Source: Microthyrium microscopicum
Taxonomy: Eukaryota
Length of the DNA: 64,000 nucleotides
Assembly: GCA_010405405.1 (NCBI GenBank)
Contig: MU004234.1
Location: forward strand, 230,993-294,992
Direction of reading: 5' to 3'
The notes under the pieces were generated by a model, which saw only the letters and a program-made list of their open reading frames with translations, did no database searches and had not been told where the DNA came from. A program made the translations under genes and the position numbers. Every line of letters starts with the position of its first letter. Position 1 is the stretch's first letter. Shown here piece by piece: positions 25,105 through 39,817 of this stretch.

Positions 25105-25757
25105 ATGGCCCCTGAACCACTTTACACTGAATCCAAAATGCAGCCTACTTTTTCGGGTCTGATGCTACCGTATCCATTTCGTTTGCAATGGATACTCGTT
25201 ACTTGGCGAAATATCTACGTGGCCCTTGGATTTGCTTTCGCCCAAATGTTCATCATGTTTCTGGGCCATCTAGCACCACAGTCTCTTGCGCCTTCAGGAA
25301 TGCTCATGTAAGTGCATTATCGAGCATTGGTAGCTTGTCAATCTGATATCAAAATAGAATTCTCTGGGTCGCAATGGCGATAAACTTTGGCTGGATGAAC
25401 ATAGTGGATGCGTTCAAAAACCCTTTAGTGGCCGATATCGAGCAGAGTATGTTTGATGCATCCTCCGAAGTAACGGGCAAAGAAGAGGATGAGTATATCA
25501 GACATTACACACCTGACAGACCCCAGCCCGATTACTCGCAGTATGATGCAGGTCCGGGTGAAGCCACGAATGGCGAGATTTTGGAGGGTAATGGATCTGT
25601 CAGACCACACAAGCATAGTCAAAGGCAGGGCGCTGCTCCGTTGTTTAACATCGTGTGGGGTACTACCGCAAGAGACAGGGATACAAAGAAGGATGCTTCT
25701 AGCAGAGAACATGGACATGACGAGCCGCAGCCGAATAGGTTATCCGACTATGACTGA
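25105..25757 (+). CDS. Hypothetical small membrane protein (two predicted TM segments)
   Basis: Two track ORFs join in frame across intron ~25308-25357 (gtaagt..ctgat..tag); hydrophobic N-half, hydrophilic tail. Confidence 0.55.
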
Positions 25758-26332
25758 AATCTGATATCACGACACAAATTCACCTCCGAAGCCGCTATTG
25801 GGGCTGGCTTTTGCTATAGTTGTTCGCCTCTTGGAAAGCACGCAATACATCAATCGACTGATGTTTACCACATGGTATCACAATGAAGAGGTGGTAGTAC
25901 TAATTATGCTTCATGAAATTTGCAAACCACTTATCTGCTATGTTAATCGCATTGTGTAGCAGTCTCATTATTCCTTCTCTGTATTGATCCAGATATGTTT
26001 TTGAAGCCAAACTTGGAAGGCCATTAAGCCTGTACAATATCGACATGCTAATTGCATTGTGTCCTTTTGCAATTCGTGAGCCGTAATAATCATTGATTTC
26101 AATATCTCCGACGGAAAGGGGCTTATTTGTACGCGAGGATAAAAAGAGAGTGGAACTCAGAAGGGTGAATTAGACGGAACAGTATTGGAAGTTGAAAGAA
26201 ATCCCACGTTGTTGACTCCTGAAGCGCGTGGAGGAGCAGGGATTCCACGTGGCGGTTCACGATACAAGGATTTTCTCGAGGATTAGTACCGACCTCACCA
26301 TCAACTGACAACCACCATCCATCAATCTCAGG

Positions 26333-28167
26333 ATGCGCCAGATTTTTCGTGTCATCAGGCCGGTGATACGCAATGGCGTACGACATGGGAAGAGACCAGA
26401 CCAAGCGCGATGGTTTACACAGTCGCGGCGCTGTATGCAAGTGTCTGCTGCCGACCTGCAGTTTGGACAACCAGTGCACGAGACACATCCTCATTTGCTC
26501 AAGGCTGGCGAACGTAAGGACATATCACCCGTTTCTAGATCTACGATGTTCTGACATTTTGACAAGTAACACGCGGGATTACAGCTCTGGAATATTATCA
26601 ACGGCGGCAGAAATTAGCTGCGTTGCTTCCAGAGAAGTCGATAGCGATCCTTGCTGCAGCTGATGTGAAGTATCGATCTGGACCTGTCTTTTATCCGTTT
26701 CATCAAAATACAGACTTTTTCTACCTGACTGGTGAGTAAAGTATAAAAGCATTTGATTAGTGGTACTAAACTCACGTAGGATTTCAGGAGCCAGAGGCAG
26801 TGGCAATAATAGGTAAGTGTTGTCCACCCCAAATTGAAATGGTTGCATCAAATAACTTTTTCAGACAAGAGAAGTTCAGAACCAGTCTTTCATTTGCTAG
26901 TCAGAGAGAAAGATGCTCAAGCAGAGCTTTGGGAGGGAGCTAGATCTGGAACCCAAGCGGCAATGGACGTATTCAACGCCGACGAGGTAAGTAGAATCCT
27001 CACCATCAATCTATGCGATCTACTAATAATATCAGTCTGGCGATGTCACACAACTCAGTACACTGCTTCCGAAAATTCTGGATGGAGCGACGAATGTGTA
27101 CACTAATCTTCAACATCTGTCAACTCCTGACTCAAGTGTCTCGCGATTCTTCAATTCGACCTCGAAAGACTCAAAGTTCAGCTCCATGCTAGGAAGGCTT
27201 AACGATGGATCCAAGCTGCAAGCCCAATCCCTTGAGCCACTCATGAGCGAAATCCGAGTCCTCAAAAGTCAGGCGGAAGTTGCCGTTATGCGTAAGGCTG
27301 GTCAAATATCTGGAAGAGTATTGACCGATGCAATGAGACAACCATGGGAGACAGAAAAGGACCTACACGCTTTTCTCGACTACCAATTCAGAATCAAAGG
27401 GTGCGACTCCGAAGCATACGTGCCTGTAGTAGCTAGTGGAAAGAATGCATTGGGCATTCACTACGTTCGAAACGACGAAGAAATAAACGACGGATCCATG
27501 ATCTTGACAGATGCAGGCGGATCCTATGGTGGTTATATCACTGACATAACGCGAACTTGGCCGAATTCAGGGAAGTTTACTGACCTTCAACGAGATCTTT
27601 ACGAGACAGTGCTTCAAGTACAGCGATCGTGTGTGGCGCTTTGTCGTGAAGATGCTAATCTTTCGCTGGATGAGATACATAACGTCGCTACAAGATCATT
27701 GAAAGACGGGCTGAAGCGCTTGAACTTTGACGTATCAGGCAACGTGAGTTTGTATCCAATTGGCATGGACCCAGTTCGCTGACCACTGGAATGTAGGCTA
27801 TGGATATTCTGTTTCCACATCATTTGGGCCACCACATTGGATTAGACGTTCACGACTGCCGCAAGATTCCACGAAGAGACAAGCTAAAGGACGGAATGTG
27901 CGTCACGATAGAACCGTAAGTCACTCTACTCCTATAAAATATTCCAATGGCTGACAATGGTAGTGGCATATACGTTCCAGACAATGACCGCTGGCCTGCT
28001 TGGTTTCGAGGCATGGGCATTCGAATAGAAGATAGCATCTGTGTGACCAAAGGACATCCACTTGTTCTTACCACAGAAGCAGTCAAAGAGGTATATTTCT
28101 TCAACAATGTTGAATCTTGCTAGACTAACGAAACCAGGTGGTTGATATTGAGGCTTTGAGACACTGA
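26333..28167 (+). CDS. ICP55: Mitochondrial intermediate cleaving peptidase 55 / Xaa-Pro aminopeptidase (M24B), multi-exon
   Basis: Basic presequence followed by LQFGQPVHETHPHLL; DAGGSYGGYITDITRTWP, FPHHLGHHIGLDVHD, GIRIEDSI; several GT-AG introns. Confidence 0.93.
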
Positions 28168-29165
28168 TCCGCCATACCCAACATAAACATAACTGTACTA
28201 TATTGTTTTCAATACTTGCATATAAACGGAAGCATCGCAGCATTCATGGACCTGGAAATCTCCATACAGGTCTCAGTATTATTCCTGTGTGGAAAGCGCA
28301 CGGTCGCGCAAGCCACATAAGTCGGCTGCGATGGAGGTTGGGAGATGAGGTTATTGTACACCACACTATCACGCAGAGCATCTACCGCGTTGCAGCTACG
28401 TATGGCAAGATTTTATTTGGTGTGTATAGAAGTAATACTCCTTTTAGTAGATGTTAGAAGTAAATCTCAGCTTAGTTGATATGGAAATCTTCTTCCAACT
28501 GCTCAAGCCCATTGGCATATCCATCCATCCGCATGATATATCCAATAACTCACGATCCAGGTACACGACGACGCTAACATCGTTCCTGCAGATGAACGAG
28601 ATCTTACGATCTAAAAAGGACGTTTTGAACGGTTCAGATCTCCAGCGGAAAATAAATGCGCGAATATGATTGGCCATGTGGGTCCAGGAAATCGCAAGGC
28701 TGGGAATGTGGCGCTTTTGCAATCAGCTCATTGGCCAGCCTTCTCAACGTCTGCACTCAACACCATCTTTTCTAAGGAGTTTGCCGTTCTGGTGAGGCTG
28801 GGATAGACGCTACAGTCAGGTTCAGCTACCAATTTGTGAGCGGTGTACCGAAATAGGTGATGATGAGAAGCGGTTTTTGGCTCTGAATGGCTGCAACTGG
28901 ATCTGCAGGTCTTATTTGGGAAGGAGATCTTGGAGATATTCCGCTTTTGTTGCAGTGGAGTTCTTTCTGAAGAGTAGAAGACGTTGCTGCTCGTTCTTGA
29001 TGGTATATCTTGCTCTTGCCAAGCTCTTTGCGTATTGCTCTTTCCATCCCATCCCATCTTTCTTCCTACCTTACCTACACATGATTTCTCGCGTTGTCGC
29101 GTAGAGTCCTTTTCAGCGTCAAACTTGTCTTTAGCATCGCATTATACCTCCTACTCTTCATAATC

Positions 29166-30669
29166 ATGTTGCATATACTTCTTTCAGCACTTTTACTATG
29201 CATAAGTATATCTCCCCTCCTGATCGTCTCAGCTCAAGCTAACCCCCTTCGCAGTACAACTCACATCCGCAATATCAACAACATGTCCCGACCCAAACCT
29301 CTGCTTCTCCCTCTCCATCCCAACAACGACCGCCTCTAGCGGCATAGGCGACATATACCTCCGCATCACCGCACCCACCACCTACTCATGGGTAGCACTC
29401 GCCCAAGGCAGCCAGATGGCGAACGCCAACTTCTTCCTCATCTATACAGCCGCAAACACCACGAATCTGACACTCTCGCCTCGCTCTTCGACTGGAAATA
29501 TCATGCCGACATATAATTCTGCCATACAAGCAGAAATACTACCCGGTTCAGGTGTAGTGAACAATCAGATGGTCGCGTACATCCGCTGTTCCAACTGCAG
29601 TACCTGGACAGGTGGTAGTATGGATTTCACGGCGTCAAGCACGAATTGGATATGGGCAACGTATCAGGGGGCGCCGATGAATACAGATGACCCGGCGGCT
29701 TCGATAGTGAAACATGATGCTGGTTCCTATGGTCATATCGCGTTTGGGGCTGATGCGAAAGGAGGTAGTGTTGACGACTTGACTACCACTGGAGCTGGTT
29801 CGACGACGTTCCGGTCAGCGGAGGATCCGACGACGGCGTATTTGATTGCGATCCACGGAATTATTGCAGCGGTGATGTTCGCTATTGTGTTTCCACTAGG
29901 CGGGATTTTGATACGAATTGGAAAGTCCAAGAATTTGCTGTGGATACATGCGGGTCTGCAATTAGGCGGTCTGGTGGGATATCTGGCTGCATTTGGGTTG
30001 GGGATTTGGCTGATAGCGCATGGCTTCCAGGTATGTTTCCTCCATCTTTCAGGAATCTATTGCTAACTGGCACAGTCTCATGTAACTGATAAGCATTTCA
30101 TCATTGGCGTTCTAGTCATGTTGATGCTACTTTGCCAGGGACCGCTTGGGTGGCTCCACCATCGCTGGTTCGTGATGAAAGATCGACGCACCGTTTTCTC
30201 ACATCTCCACCTCTGGTTCGGACGTCTAGTGATCCCACTAGGAATGGTCAATGCTGTATTTGGACTACTCCTCGCAAGCGCACCGGTCTGGAAATTGGCG
30301 CTATACTGTGCTGTGGCTAGCACCTTTCTCTTCATGTACTGTGTAGCAATCGTAATCGGGGAAAGAAGGAGACCTCAACAACAAACAAGACCTGCCGTTT
30401 TGACACGGAGAATTACTAGACGAGAGATATCAACTGCGCCTCAAGAGTGGAGAGTCAGCACCGTCAGCACTGCAAGCTGGCCATCGAGCAAGGACAGCTT
30501 TGTGACTGCAGTAGAGGACAAGGAGGATTTTGAGATAAAGATGCCAGCGCGTGTACTGCCTCGAAGAATGAGCATTAGACATGTTCCGGCGTCACCGGTG
30601 GTTGAGTTTGTTCCTTATTCTTTGGAGGATAGGAATATGGAGGATGATGATGAGCGTGTTTGGTTATGA
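29166..30669 (+). CDS. Secreted DOMON/CDH-cytochrome-like domain fused to a cytochrome b561 membrane domain
   Basis: Signal peptide (intron ~29206-29254); SWVALAQGSQMANA (heme Met), CSNC..W, VKH; b561 His helices AIHGII, WIHAGLQ, KHFIIG, HLHLWFGR; intron 30031-30075. Confidence 0.85.
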
Positions 30670-31201
30670 ATCCATGAATAATGTGTTTATGTACTAGTAA
30701 TGATTAATGATGTACTGCTATACCTGAGCTTAGCTTGCTTTCTATACCTACGATATCTACCTTTATCCTTTATGATGCTCGTGTATTGAACTTCTCATCA
30801 TATATCGTTGATTATTCTATTACCAGGTGATCTCTTACGCATTCGAAGGGAGTTGAAAAGCTTGATCATAGAGCATGGTCGATTCCGCCAACGAAGCCAG
30901 AACTGACACGCCATTAATTCAGTCCATTGGTGGTAAAAACCTTCAAAATGAGAAGTATGATGAGCTGGCAATGTGTTGTTGTCGTTGGACAGCTAGAGCT
31001 CTTGTTTGCTCTCACCTCAAGCTCGACTGAAGTTGAGCCCCCACTTCAACTTCAACCTTACAGTGCAACATCAACTTTGTGGCAAAGCCTCACCTTTTTA
31101 TCTTCACCCTCCAACGTTCAAATGGATTACCATTTCTTTCCTTCTCCTACAGTTCTGAGTTGAGCTGCAACAATCCTGTCTTACCTGGCTTACAAAACTT
31201 C

Positions 31202-32173
31202 ATGATGGCGGCCTCCACAACGCGTCTATCAACCCTCTATCCCCACATACCCCCCTCCGCCATCGAAAGTTTCCATGCTCACCTAGCCTCCTCCACCCGC
31301 GTCCTCGCCCTCCTAGGCGCCGGCCTCTCCGCCTCCTCCGGTCTACCCACCTTCCGCGGCGCCGGCGGTCTCTGGCGCACGCACGAAGCAACCGACCTCG
31401 CCACACCGCAAGCCTTCTCCGCAGACCCAGGCCTCGTATGGCAATTCTACAGCTACCGACGGCACATGGCACTGAACGTAAAGCCCAACATGGCCCACTA
31501 CGCGCTCGCAGAGTTCGCAAAGAAGATGCCAGGTTTCCAAACGCTCAGCCAGAACGTCGATGGCCTAAGTCCACGGGCAGGCCATCCAGCGGAACAGTTG
31601 AAGTTGTTGCATGGGAGTCTGTTTGATGTGAAATGCCATAACTTCTTCTGCAACTATGTGGAGACCGCAAATTATACAGATCCTATAGTGCCTGCCCTTG
31701 CGCTTCCAACAGATGAGGATGTCGATCTCACTACAAACGCTGCGCGCGAAGCGTCGCGTGAGGCGAGGGAACTTGATATAGCGGACATCAGTGTTGCGCT
31801 GCCTGATGTGCCGGAAACAGCACTTCCACACTGTCCATCGTGCGGTGGGCTATTACGGCCAGGCGTGGTATGGTTTGGGGAGAGTTTGCCGGCAGGTGTG
31901 CTGGAGACTGTGGATGCGTTTCTGGAGGATCCGCTGGGCGTGGATCTGATATTGGTGATTGGAACTTCTGCAAGAGTGTTTCCGGCCGCGGGGTATATTG
32001 AGATTGCGAGGTCAAGAGGAGCGAGGGTGGCGGTGATTAATACGGAGATGGACTTGCCGCCGGGGCAGTTGACGAAGGATGACTGGTTCTTTCAGGGTGA
32101 TGCGGCTGTCATTGTGCCTGAACTGCTTAGGCCGGTGGTGGGGGATTTGGAGGGTGTGGAGGAGAAGTTATGA
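31202..32173 (+). CDS. NAD-dependent protein deacylase, class III sirtuin (SIRT5/CobB-like)
   Basis: GAGLSASSGLPTFRG, WQFYSYRR (Tyr/Arg acyl pocket), QNVDGL, LHGSL, Zn-ribbon cysteines, RPGVVWFGE, GTSA.VFPAA. Confidence 0.92.
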   Translation: MMAASTTRLSTLYPHIPPSAIESFHAHLASSTRVLALLGAGLSASSGLPTFRGAGGLWRTHEATDLATPQAFSADPGLVWQFYSYRRHMALNVKPNMAHYALAEFAKKMPGFQTLSQNVDGLSPRAGHPAEQLKLLHGSLFDVKCHNFFCNYVETANYTDPIVPALALPTDEDVDLTTNAAREASREARELDIADISVALPDVPETALPHCPSCGGLLRPGVVWFGESLPAGVLETVDAFLEDPLGVDLILVIGTSARVFPAAGYIEIARSRGARVAVINTEMDLPPGQLTKDDWFFQGDAAVIVPELLRPVVGDLEGVEEKL

Positions 32174-33024
32174 GAAGGCAATTGGTGTTTAGCGGGGAGT
32201 GGAGGTGGTCATGTTGCGAGTAATGGTGCATATCAATCATAGAAAAAGTGCTATGGTTAGAAGATGAGGCTGGATGTCAATGGATGGTCATACAGCAAAT
32301 ACAGGCTTATATGTCAGGTGGAGATGTAACGACTCACGAATCAAACGTAATTACACATTAGCAGCATTTAGTATGTGATGATTATCTATTCATGATAGGC
32401 TCTCATGAGTTTCGAGAGATTTTTCGGGAGGTTGAACACTGCATAAGAGTGCTATTTGGTAGTGTGACCAAAGTACGAGGGAAGGCTAGCGACGAGGCTG
32501 GAATTTTGAAGAGTTAGCTTCCAACTCAGCCAATTTTGATGAGATAGAGAAAATATTGTTGTCAGAATTTTTGATAAAGATTGTATGACAGTTTTCAAAT
32601 ATTACAAGAAATAATAGGGAAAATGGAGAGGTCAATGGGATGTTTATGTTGTTTCTTCTGGACGTGTTGTTGCTGGGCCAATTCAACTGGCGATGGCGGC
32701 ATTAGCGTGGGTTGCACGGTCCATGGCCTCCCAAAGTCAAGTCTCGCAGCAAAACATCACCAAACCACACCAAGCTCTCCCAACACTCAAACTCTCCAGC
32801 TTCTTTATTATATTCCCCCAAAACCCAACCCTCCCACACTCCAGCCTGCCCTATATCAAGCTGTCATAACATCCCCGTCCCCCAAGCAATATCATGTTCG
32901 TCTGATCAGCTCGCGAACTACTCCTTGGCTCCTGCTTTCGCGCTTCTCCTCCGTCCCTGTCGCGTAGGATCCCCTGCTCTTCCCGTGTAGCCAATACCCC
33001 ACAACTACAACCTCCACACTCTCT

Positions 33025-34959
33025 ATGGCCGCCCTCTCTATACATCCAAGTCCTCATGCAATGCGAGACATGAATTCCACACGCGTGCCTTTACGAGACG
33101 CTTCTTCTGCCCTTCTCAACTCTCCCCTCCGACCTGCCTCTACCGCCATAGTTGGCGCCAAACGCCTGAGAAATGGTGCTGCCACAGGCCAGGAAAATAC
33201 GCGTGATGGCACGTACCACAATGGTCACAATACCAAGAGACAGTTTGTCGAGGGTGATGAGCGGGATGTAAGGCAGCAAGCTCTTCCAAAGAGATCGACC
33301 CAGCCTACTGCTCTTCAACGCAAATTGGAGGCGGCTAGAGTCCCCTCTGCTGCAACTCGAGCAAAGACACAAAGCCAGACTCAAGATCAGAATACAGACT
33401 CTATTCGCCAATGGCGGAAACACTACCTGAGAGTGTTCCCTAGTTTCAATATTTACTTTGAGAACATCCCCAAAGACACGCATCGTCGACTGGCAGACTC
33501 TATTCGTCAGCTAGGAGCTGTAAGTTATATCCTTGCTCTGGTCAACATGATGTACTAATTTTATCTTAGACTGAAGCAGCTTTCTTCGATAGAGATGTTA
33601 CTCATGTTGTAACTTCTCGTGTCGTGTCTGGTTCAGATGCACCCTCCACTTCGAGTTCGACAGGCTTGAGATCTCCCAACAAAGATGGTGCTCATCCAGC
33701 AACCATCAATCCCTCCTTATTGGATAACCAGCAGCGGCACTCAAAGTTCACCTTTGAGATGAACAAAAAGTTGCCATCAGCATCGTAAGTTTGTTGTTTC
33801 TGTTGTCAAGGTCCTTCTAACGCGTTATAGCAACGATTTTATTTCTAGAGCTAAAGAGATGGGTATCAAAGTCTGGACGATCGACAAACTCAATCGAATG
33901 TTGAACGCACTGGCAGTCCATGAGCAAGATGAAACTAGCCAAGACCAACGTCAAGCTCATGGAAAGGACAAGCCATCACGTGAGGCTGAACTCTCGAGAT
34001 TGCTCAATCAAGACAAGCGATACGCTGCATCTGACAAGTCCTGGATGGTGGATATGGTGACCTTCCGAGGTTACTATGTCTACGTACGTGATATGGATGA
34101 GCGGTCAAAGCCAATCATGATTCGAGATTATCCCAAAGCCGCTGCCAAGGAGCAAGGAAAGTGGCCACAACTACGTGTGCAGCCACCATCAAGATGTCCA
34201 TTCCTCGATGATGGCCCACAACGGCGGGCTACTGCACCTAATCCTGCTCGTCCTGCTGAAAAGCCTCGGACGCGTGCTGCAACTACTGGACCGGTAGCTG
34301 TTCAGAAGGATGTATCTCGTCAAGCGTTAGCAGAGGTCGCCAATCCGCCTGGCATGAAGCCTCCACCAACCAAGCGCAACGTTAGTAACGATCAATTGCC
34401 GTTGTTTGGCAGTGCACAGATGTCCTTGCGTCGAAATCCTCGATTTGTCCAGGGTGAACCTGTTGCGTCTGGTCTTCAAGCTTCCAATGTCACATCTGCT
34501 GTCAGATCTCAAATGATCTCGAGTACTGCCGCCGCACCAGGTGGCAAGGCTGGTGCATCACGAGAGCTCAACGCCCTTAAGCGAAAGCTACTAGAGAAGA
34601 ATGGTGCTGGTGATGCTGCCTATCTAACCCAGTTGCGTGGAGCTGTGAATGATGATATGGTCCGTCCAACCAAGCGCAAGGCGCTGAATGATATCGTCGA
34701 GGAAGAGGAGGCAGCTCGTACCAAACCCGCTGCACGAAAGAAGCGCGTCGTGGAGAAGGAGGCCAAACCTGGCTATTGCGAAAATTGCCGCGATAAGTTT
34801 GACGATTTCGATGAGGTGAGAAAGTCCAACCCACTAAGAGGCCGCATATACTAACTGTTCTATCAGCATATTCTTTCCAAGGAGCATCGCAAATTTGCTA
34901 TCGACAACAAGAACTTCAAAGATCTTGACGCCCTGCTCAACAAGCTCGCACGCATCTGA
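33025..34959 (+). CDS. DBF4: DDK regulatory subunit (Dbf4/Dfp1/NimO)
   Basis: N motif YFE..FFDRDVTHVVTSR, M motif YVRDMDERSKPIMIRDY, C-terminal zinc finger KPGYCENCRDKFDDFDE|HILSKEH; introns 33520-33569, 33785-33830, 34816-34867. Confidence 0.92.
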
Positions 34960-36040
34960 CATCCCTATTCCAACGACATCACGTCTAATGTCTTCGAGAG
35001 ACACGCATTGTACTCTGCATGACTATTCAACGCCTCCTTTATGCCCTCTCGCATCGCTTCGTTTCGTAAACATCGGCGGCGTTTTTTCTATTCTCGTTCC
35101 AAACCTCTTGATACCATTCTCTTTCTCGGCGGCTTCAGCACCAGGCCTGGCGTTTTCCTGCAGGAAGCATCACGTTGCATTCTCTTTTACTGGCTCTCAA
35201 AAAAGACTTCTTCTTGCTTTCCTTTCATTCACCGCGGCATAGCATGCGTATGGTGTCTTTTCTTCTTACTACTCGGTCGAATTGCTTTTATGCTAGGTGT
35301 TTTTTGTAGTGCATATTTGGCGTGGCTACTGGATAAGGGGGTTTTCTCTTGTTGGATGGTTATTGTTTGTATACCTTTGAACGTGTACATCAACACTGGC
35401 ATGGTGCAACTCGGAGTTGTTTGTTCTAGGTTTTGTTGCTGATGGCGTTGTATGGCATAGCTGTGGATGGGTGTCTGGTGAATCTGGACGACCATGGCGG
35501 GTGTATTCTAGATACGGTGGGGGAGTAATTGATCGATTTATTCATTCATGGTTTTGGTTGTTGTGTGAGGAATCTTGAGTTCATTGCTGTTGACTTGTGC
35601 TCAAGGACCATAAAGGTTAGGAACGTCTTGCTTCTCAAAGGCATTTGCTCCTACCATTGACATTAGATCCAAGACCATGAACCAGCTCATTGAAATCTAG
35701 TAACGAAAGAATATATCTCAGATCAACTGCACAACCAGATCATGTCAGTTGAAAATGTTCAGAGGATATCTTGATCTCAGCCTTGCGATAGTGCACAGAC
35801 TCTCCTTTTCGGCCAATCACAGCTCAGTAAGCTTTCAACACCATCTTCCATCCACGACATTGCATGCGCCGGACATACTCACCACCCACCCTCCTGCTAT
35901 CCTTTCCAAAGCTTCCTCCGTCTCACGGAGATACGATGTTGGCAAGCTGCCACCTCTACCCGTGGAAGAGGAAGGCCATCGTCTCCACCTAGACGCCTCG
36001 CTGCACGCATCCGCCCGCAGCACAGCTTTGACAGCCCACC

Positions 36041-39000
36041 ATGGACGCCGACTGGGATGAAGTACGTTGTCTCTCCCTCTCCATACATCCACCTTTCCCT
36101 ACCATATTCTACACTCAAACCAGACGATGTATATCTGCTAACGACCCCAAAGCTCCGCGTGATCCCCCACCACGGCCCCCTCCCCTCCGCCCTGCCCACG
36201 CCCATCTCCACAATCGCCTTTGATACCTCGCAAGAGCTTCTCTGGATCGGCAGCACGTACGGCCGCGTGCAAAGCTTCTATGGCCCAGAGCTACAGAAAT
36301 ATACGAGCTATATAGCGCATGCTGGGGAGGCGGTGCGCCAGATTGTGTTCCATGAGAAGGGGGTGATCAGTATAAGTGCGCGCCATGTACATATGGCGGC
36401 GCGGAATGGGCCGAGTGTGTGGCATATTAGTGTGCCGGAGTTTGTGGATTTGTATTGCATGAGTTGGATTAGCAAGTCGGGGGGAGAACTGTTGGTTGCG
36501 GGAAGTCAAGAGAGTATGAGTAGGGTTGATGTTGAGAAGGGGGTTGTTGTTGATACGGTGAGTACAGTTGTGGTATAAGGGTGGGATGTGGGCTGACGAT
36601 GCTGTTTGGGTAGATTCCGGCGGAGGAGAAGTACAAGATCATGAGACGTGGGAACCTCTATATTTGCGCTGCGGACTTCTATGGACGGATACATATCATC
36701 GACCCTACGTCTCTGAAAGTCGTGCGCGTCTGGCAGGCACATCTTGGGGTTATCAACGATATGGACGCGCGGGCTGACTTTCTGGTAACATGTGGCCTCT
36801 CACAGCGCCAACAACATGGTCTCATGCCAGATCCACTCGCCAATGTCTTCGACCTCAAGTCTCTAGCACCGTTACCCCCAATTCCTTTCCAGCCGGGCGC
36901 AGCATTCGTGCGGATGCATCCAAAGATGTCGACGACGAGCATTGTAGCTAGCCAGACGGGTCAGTTGCAGGTAGTTGACATTATGAACCCGCATACCGTT
37001 AGTCTCAAGCAGGCACATATTTACGACAACAACTATCTTATTGGACTGGAACTGGCTCCGACGGGAGAGGCTCTGGCGTTGGCGAGCTCCATGTGTCAAG
37101 TGCACCTTTGGGGCAGTCCGTCGAAGCTTAAATTCGCAGAGTACAGTAATCCGACGTTACTACCGGATCACATACAGCAAGGTCCAGCTGTGGATTGGTC
37201 TGAAGAAACGTAGGTTTACGCGTCGTGCTATCGACCATTACTAACATGTATAGTCCCTTGAATACCATCGGCATGCCATATTACCGCGAAAATTTATTAT
37301 CCTCTTGGCCGAATCAAGTACACGAAGCCGGCCGACTACCACCTAAAATAGATCCTCAGATAACAGCTACCATGAAACGTGGTGAGATTGGTTTCTACGC
37401 GATATCCCCGCCACACAAACGACCAAACCAGGTGGAATATACCCGAATTGAAGCACAGAATGCGAATTCCATTGCTCCACCAAAGTTCCTCAGTGAAAAG
37501 GCTCGCGAGGCAATGCATGTTCAGGAAGGCGATCGAGGCTTTACTGATGCCCTTAGCGAACTTCAACTCGATGCTAGCAAGCGTGATGTGCCACATGTAT
37601 ACCGAAACGTTGAGATCAAGTACTCTAAGTTTGGAGTTGACGATTTTGACTTTGAGTAAGGAAACCATCTTTCGAAGCATGTTGATCGCTAACGGATGGA
37701 TAGATTCTATAACAAAACGCCCTATTCTGGCTTGGAAACCCATATCGCTAATTCATACGCGAACCCTCTTCTTCAGCTATATAGATTCACGCCTGTTCTT
37801 CGGAATCTGGCTTTGTACCATACATCTACATCATGTCTTGCCACTGATTGTATGCTATGCGAACTCGGATTTCTCATCGACATGCTTGAAAAAGCCGCTG
37901 GGCAAAACTGCCAGGCGACCAACTTTTTGAAAACATTCAGTGGTCTTTCCGCTGCAGAATCGTTACATTTACTGGAAGAGCATTCACATAATGGAGCGTT
38001 GACTGCTATGATACAGGGTGTGAATCGGCTACTTTTGGATAAGTATATTGCCGATTTTGCGCTTATATCTCCAGAGAATACATATCTCGATCAGGTTTGT
38101 TATACCCGCCACCATGTGTGATGATAGCTAATCTTCTAGGCTATTGGTACCAAAGTCGTCACGACTATTCGTTGTGCGCACTGTAACCATAGGCAGATGA
38201 AATCCGATGACCTGAGGTCTCATAATCTAGCTTATCCAAACAAGGTATGCTCACAGTACACTTTTGCAATTAGCAATGTGCTAACGGGAAGTAGTCCTTG
38301 CTTAGAACGCGAGGAATGCGCAGGATAACCTTTTCAGAGGTTCTGAAAGCCAGCGTGGAGAGACAGGATCAAATGCGCGGCTGGTGTCCTTCTTGTCATA
38401 GGTATCAACAATTACATACCACCAGGGAGATTCAGCGTGTACCGGCTGTACTTATGTTACATGCCGCGATCCATTCTCCGGAAGCAACGCAGATATGGTC
38501 AACTCCGAATTGGCTTCCAAATGAAATTGGCATCATAGTAGAGCAAGGCCAGTTCTTTTGTTATCAAGGAGAGGACTTGAAGCTCCATCAACAGAGGGGA
38601 GTGTACAACATTCAGGTATACGAACTGCTTGGAGTGGTATCGGAAGTTAGTAGTGGGCACAATGAGAAGCCTCATCTGGTCTCAGTTATCAATGGTATGT
38701 TCTTGTTGACCTTTACTGTAAAGCGATGTTAACATCAACAGCCTCGCCATCGTCAATTGACACTGAAAGCGAAAACGACTGGTATCTCTTCAACGACTTC
38801 CTTGTCCAGCCCACCACAATCGACGACGCCCTCCGCTTCGACCCAACCTGGAAACTCCCCTCCGTCATGACCTACCAACTCAAATCCGCCGGCCACCTAA
38901 TCGACAACTCCTGGAAAGAAACCATGGACACAACCCTTCTCTACTCCGCTCCATCCTCCGCCACCACCGAAAACCCACACAACCTGACCCTCCTCTCACC

Positions 39001-39817
39001 CACAACCGAAGCACCAACCCCCGGCACCCACGTCGGCATCGACGCAGAATTCGTATCCCTCCAATCCGAAGAAATCGAAATAAAAGCCGACGGCACCCGC
39101 GAAACCGTCCGCCCCTCCCGTCTCGGCCTCGCCCGCGTCTCTGTCCTCCGCGGAAACACCACCGACCCACTAATAGACACGCCCTTCATCGACGACTACA
39201 TCGCCACCACCGAACCAGTAATCGACTACCTAACCGCCTTCTCCGGCATAAAGCCCGGCGACTTGGCACCCGCGACATCCACACACGCACTCATATCCCT
39301 CAAAGCTGCCTACAAGAAACTCTGGTTGCTGCTCAATGCTGGCGTTATCTTCGTTGGGCATGGCTTGTTGAAGGATTTCCGTACTATCAATATGCATGTG
39401 CCGCGCGCGCAGGTAATTGATACCGTTGACCTGTGGTTCATACGCGCCCGGTCGCGAAAACTCAATCTACGGTTCTTGGCTTGGCTGCTGCTTAGAGAGG
39501 ACATTCAATCCGGTGATGCGCATGATTCTGTTGAAGATGCGCGTTCAGCGTTGCGGCTGTGGCGCAAGTATGTGGATGTGCAGAGCCAGGGGCGCACGGA
39601 GGAGACGTTGGAGTGGGTCTATAAGCGCGGGCGAGAAGTTGGATTTCGTGCGCCGAGTGCTATGGCAGCTATGGGGCCGGCGGTGGTGGTGGATGCGGCG
39701 AGTGGGAGGGCGACGCCGGAGCAGATGGGTGATGGGGAGGAGAATTTGATGGAAACGCCGGTGAAGAAGGCGGTTTTTGGGGCGGAGAGGGTTGGGTTTG
39801 GAAGTCCATTGAGATAA
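36041..39817 (+). CDS. PAN2: PAN2 poly(A) deadenylase catalytic subunit (WD40 + pseudo-UCH + DEDD nuclease), multi-exon
   Basis: MDADWDE start; IKYSKFGVDDFDF, YSGLETHIANSYAN, GIDAEFV, FVGHGLLKDF, HDSVEDA. Confidence 0.96.

Noticed and set aside
28444..29104. Overlapping short ORFs between ICP55 and the b561 gene
   Set aside because: No motifs or consistent splice model; likely promoter/terminator DNA.
23646..32173. Extending the carotenoid cluster to panB, ICP55, b561 and sirtuin
   Set aside because: No known pathway link; adjacency alone is insufficient.
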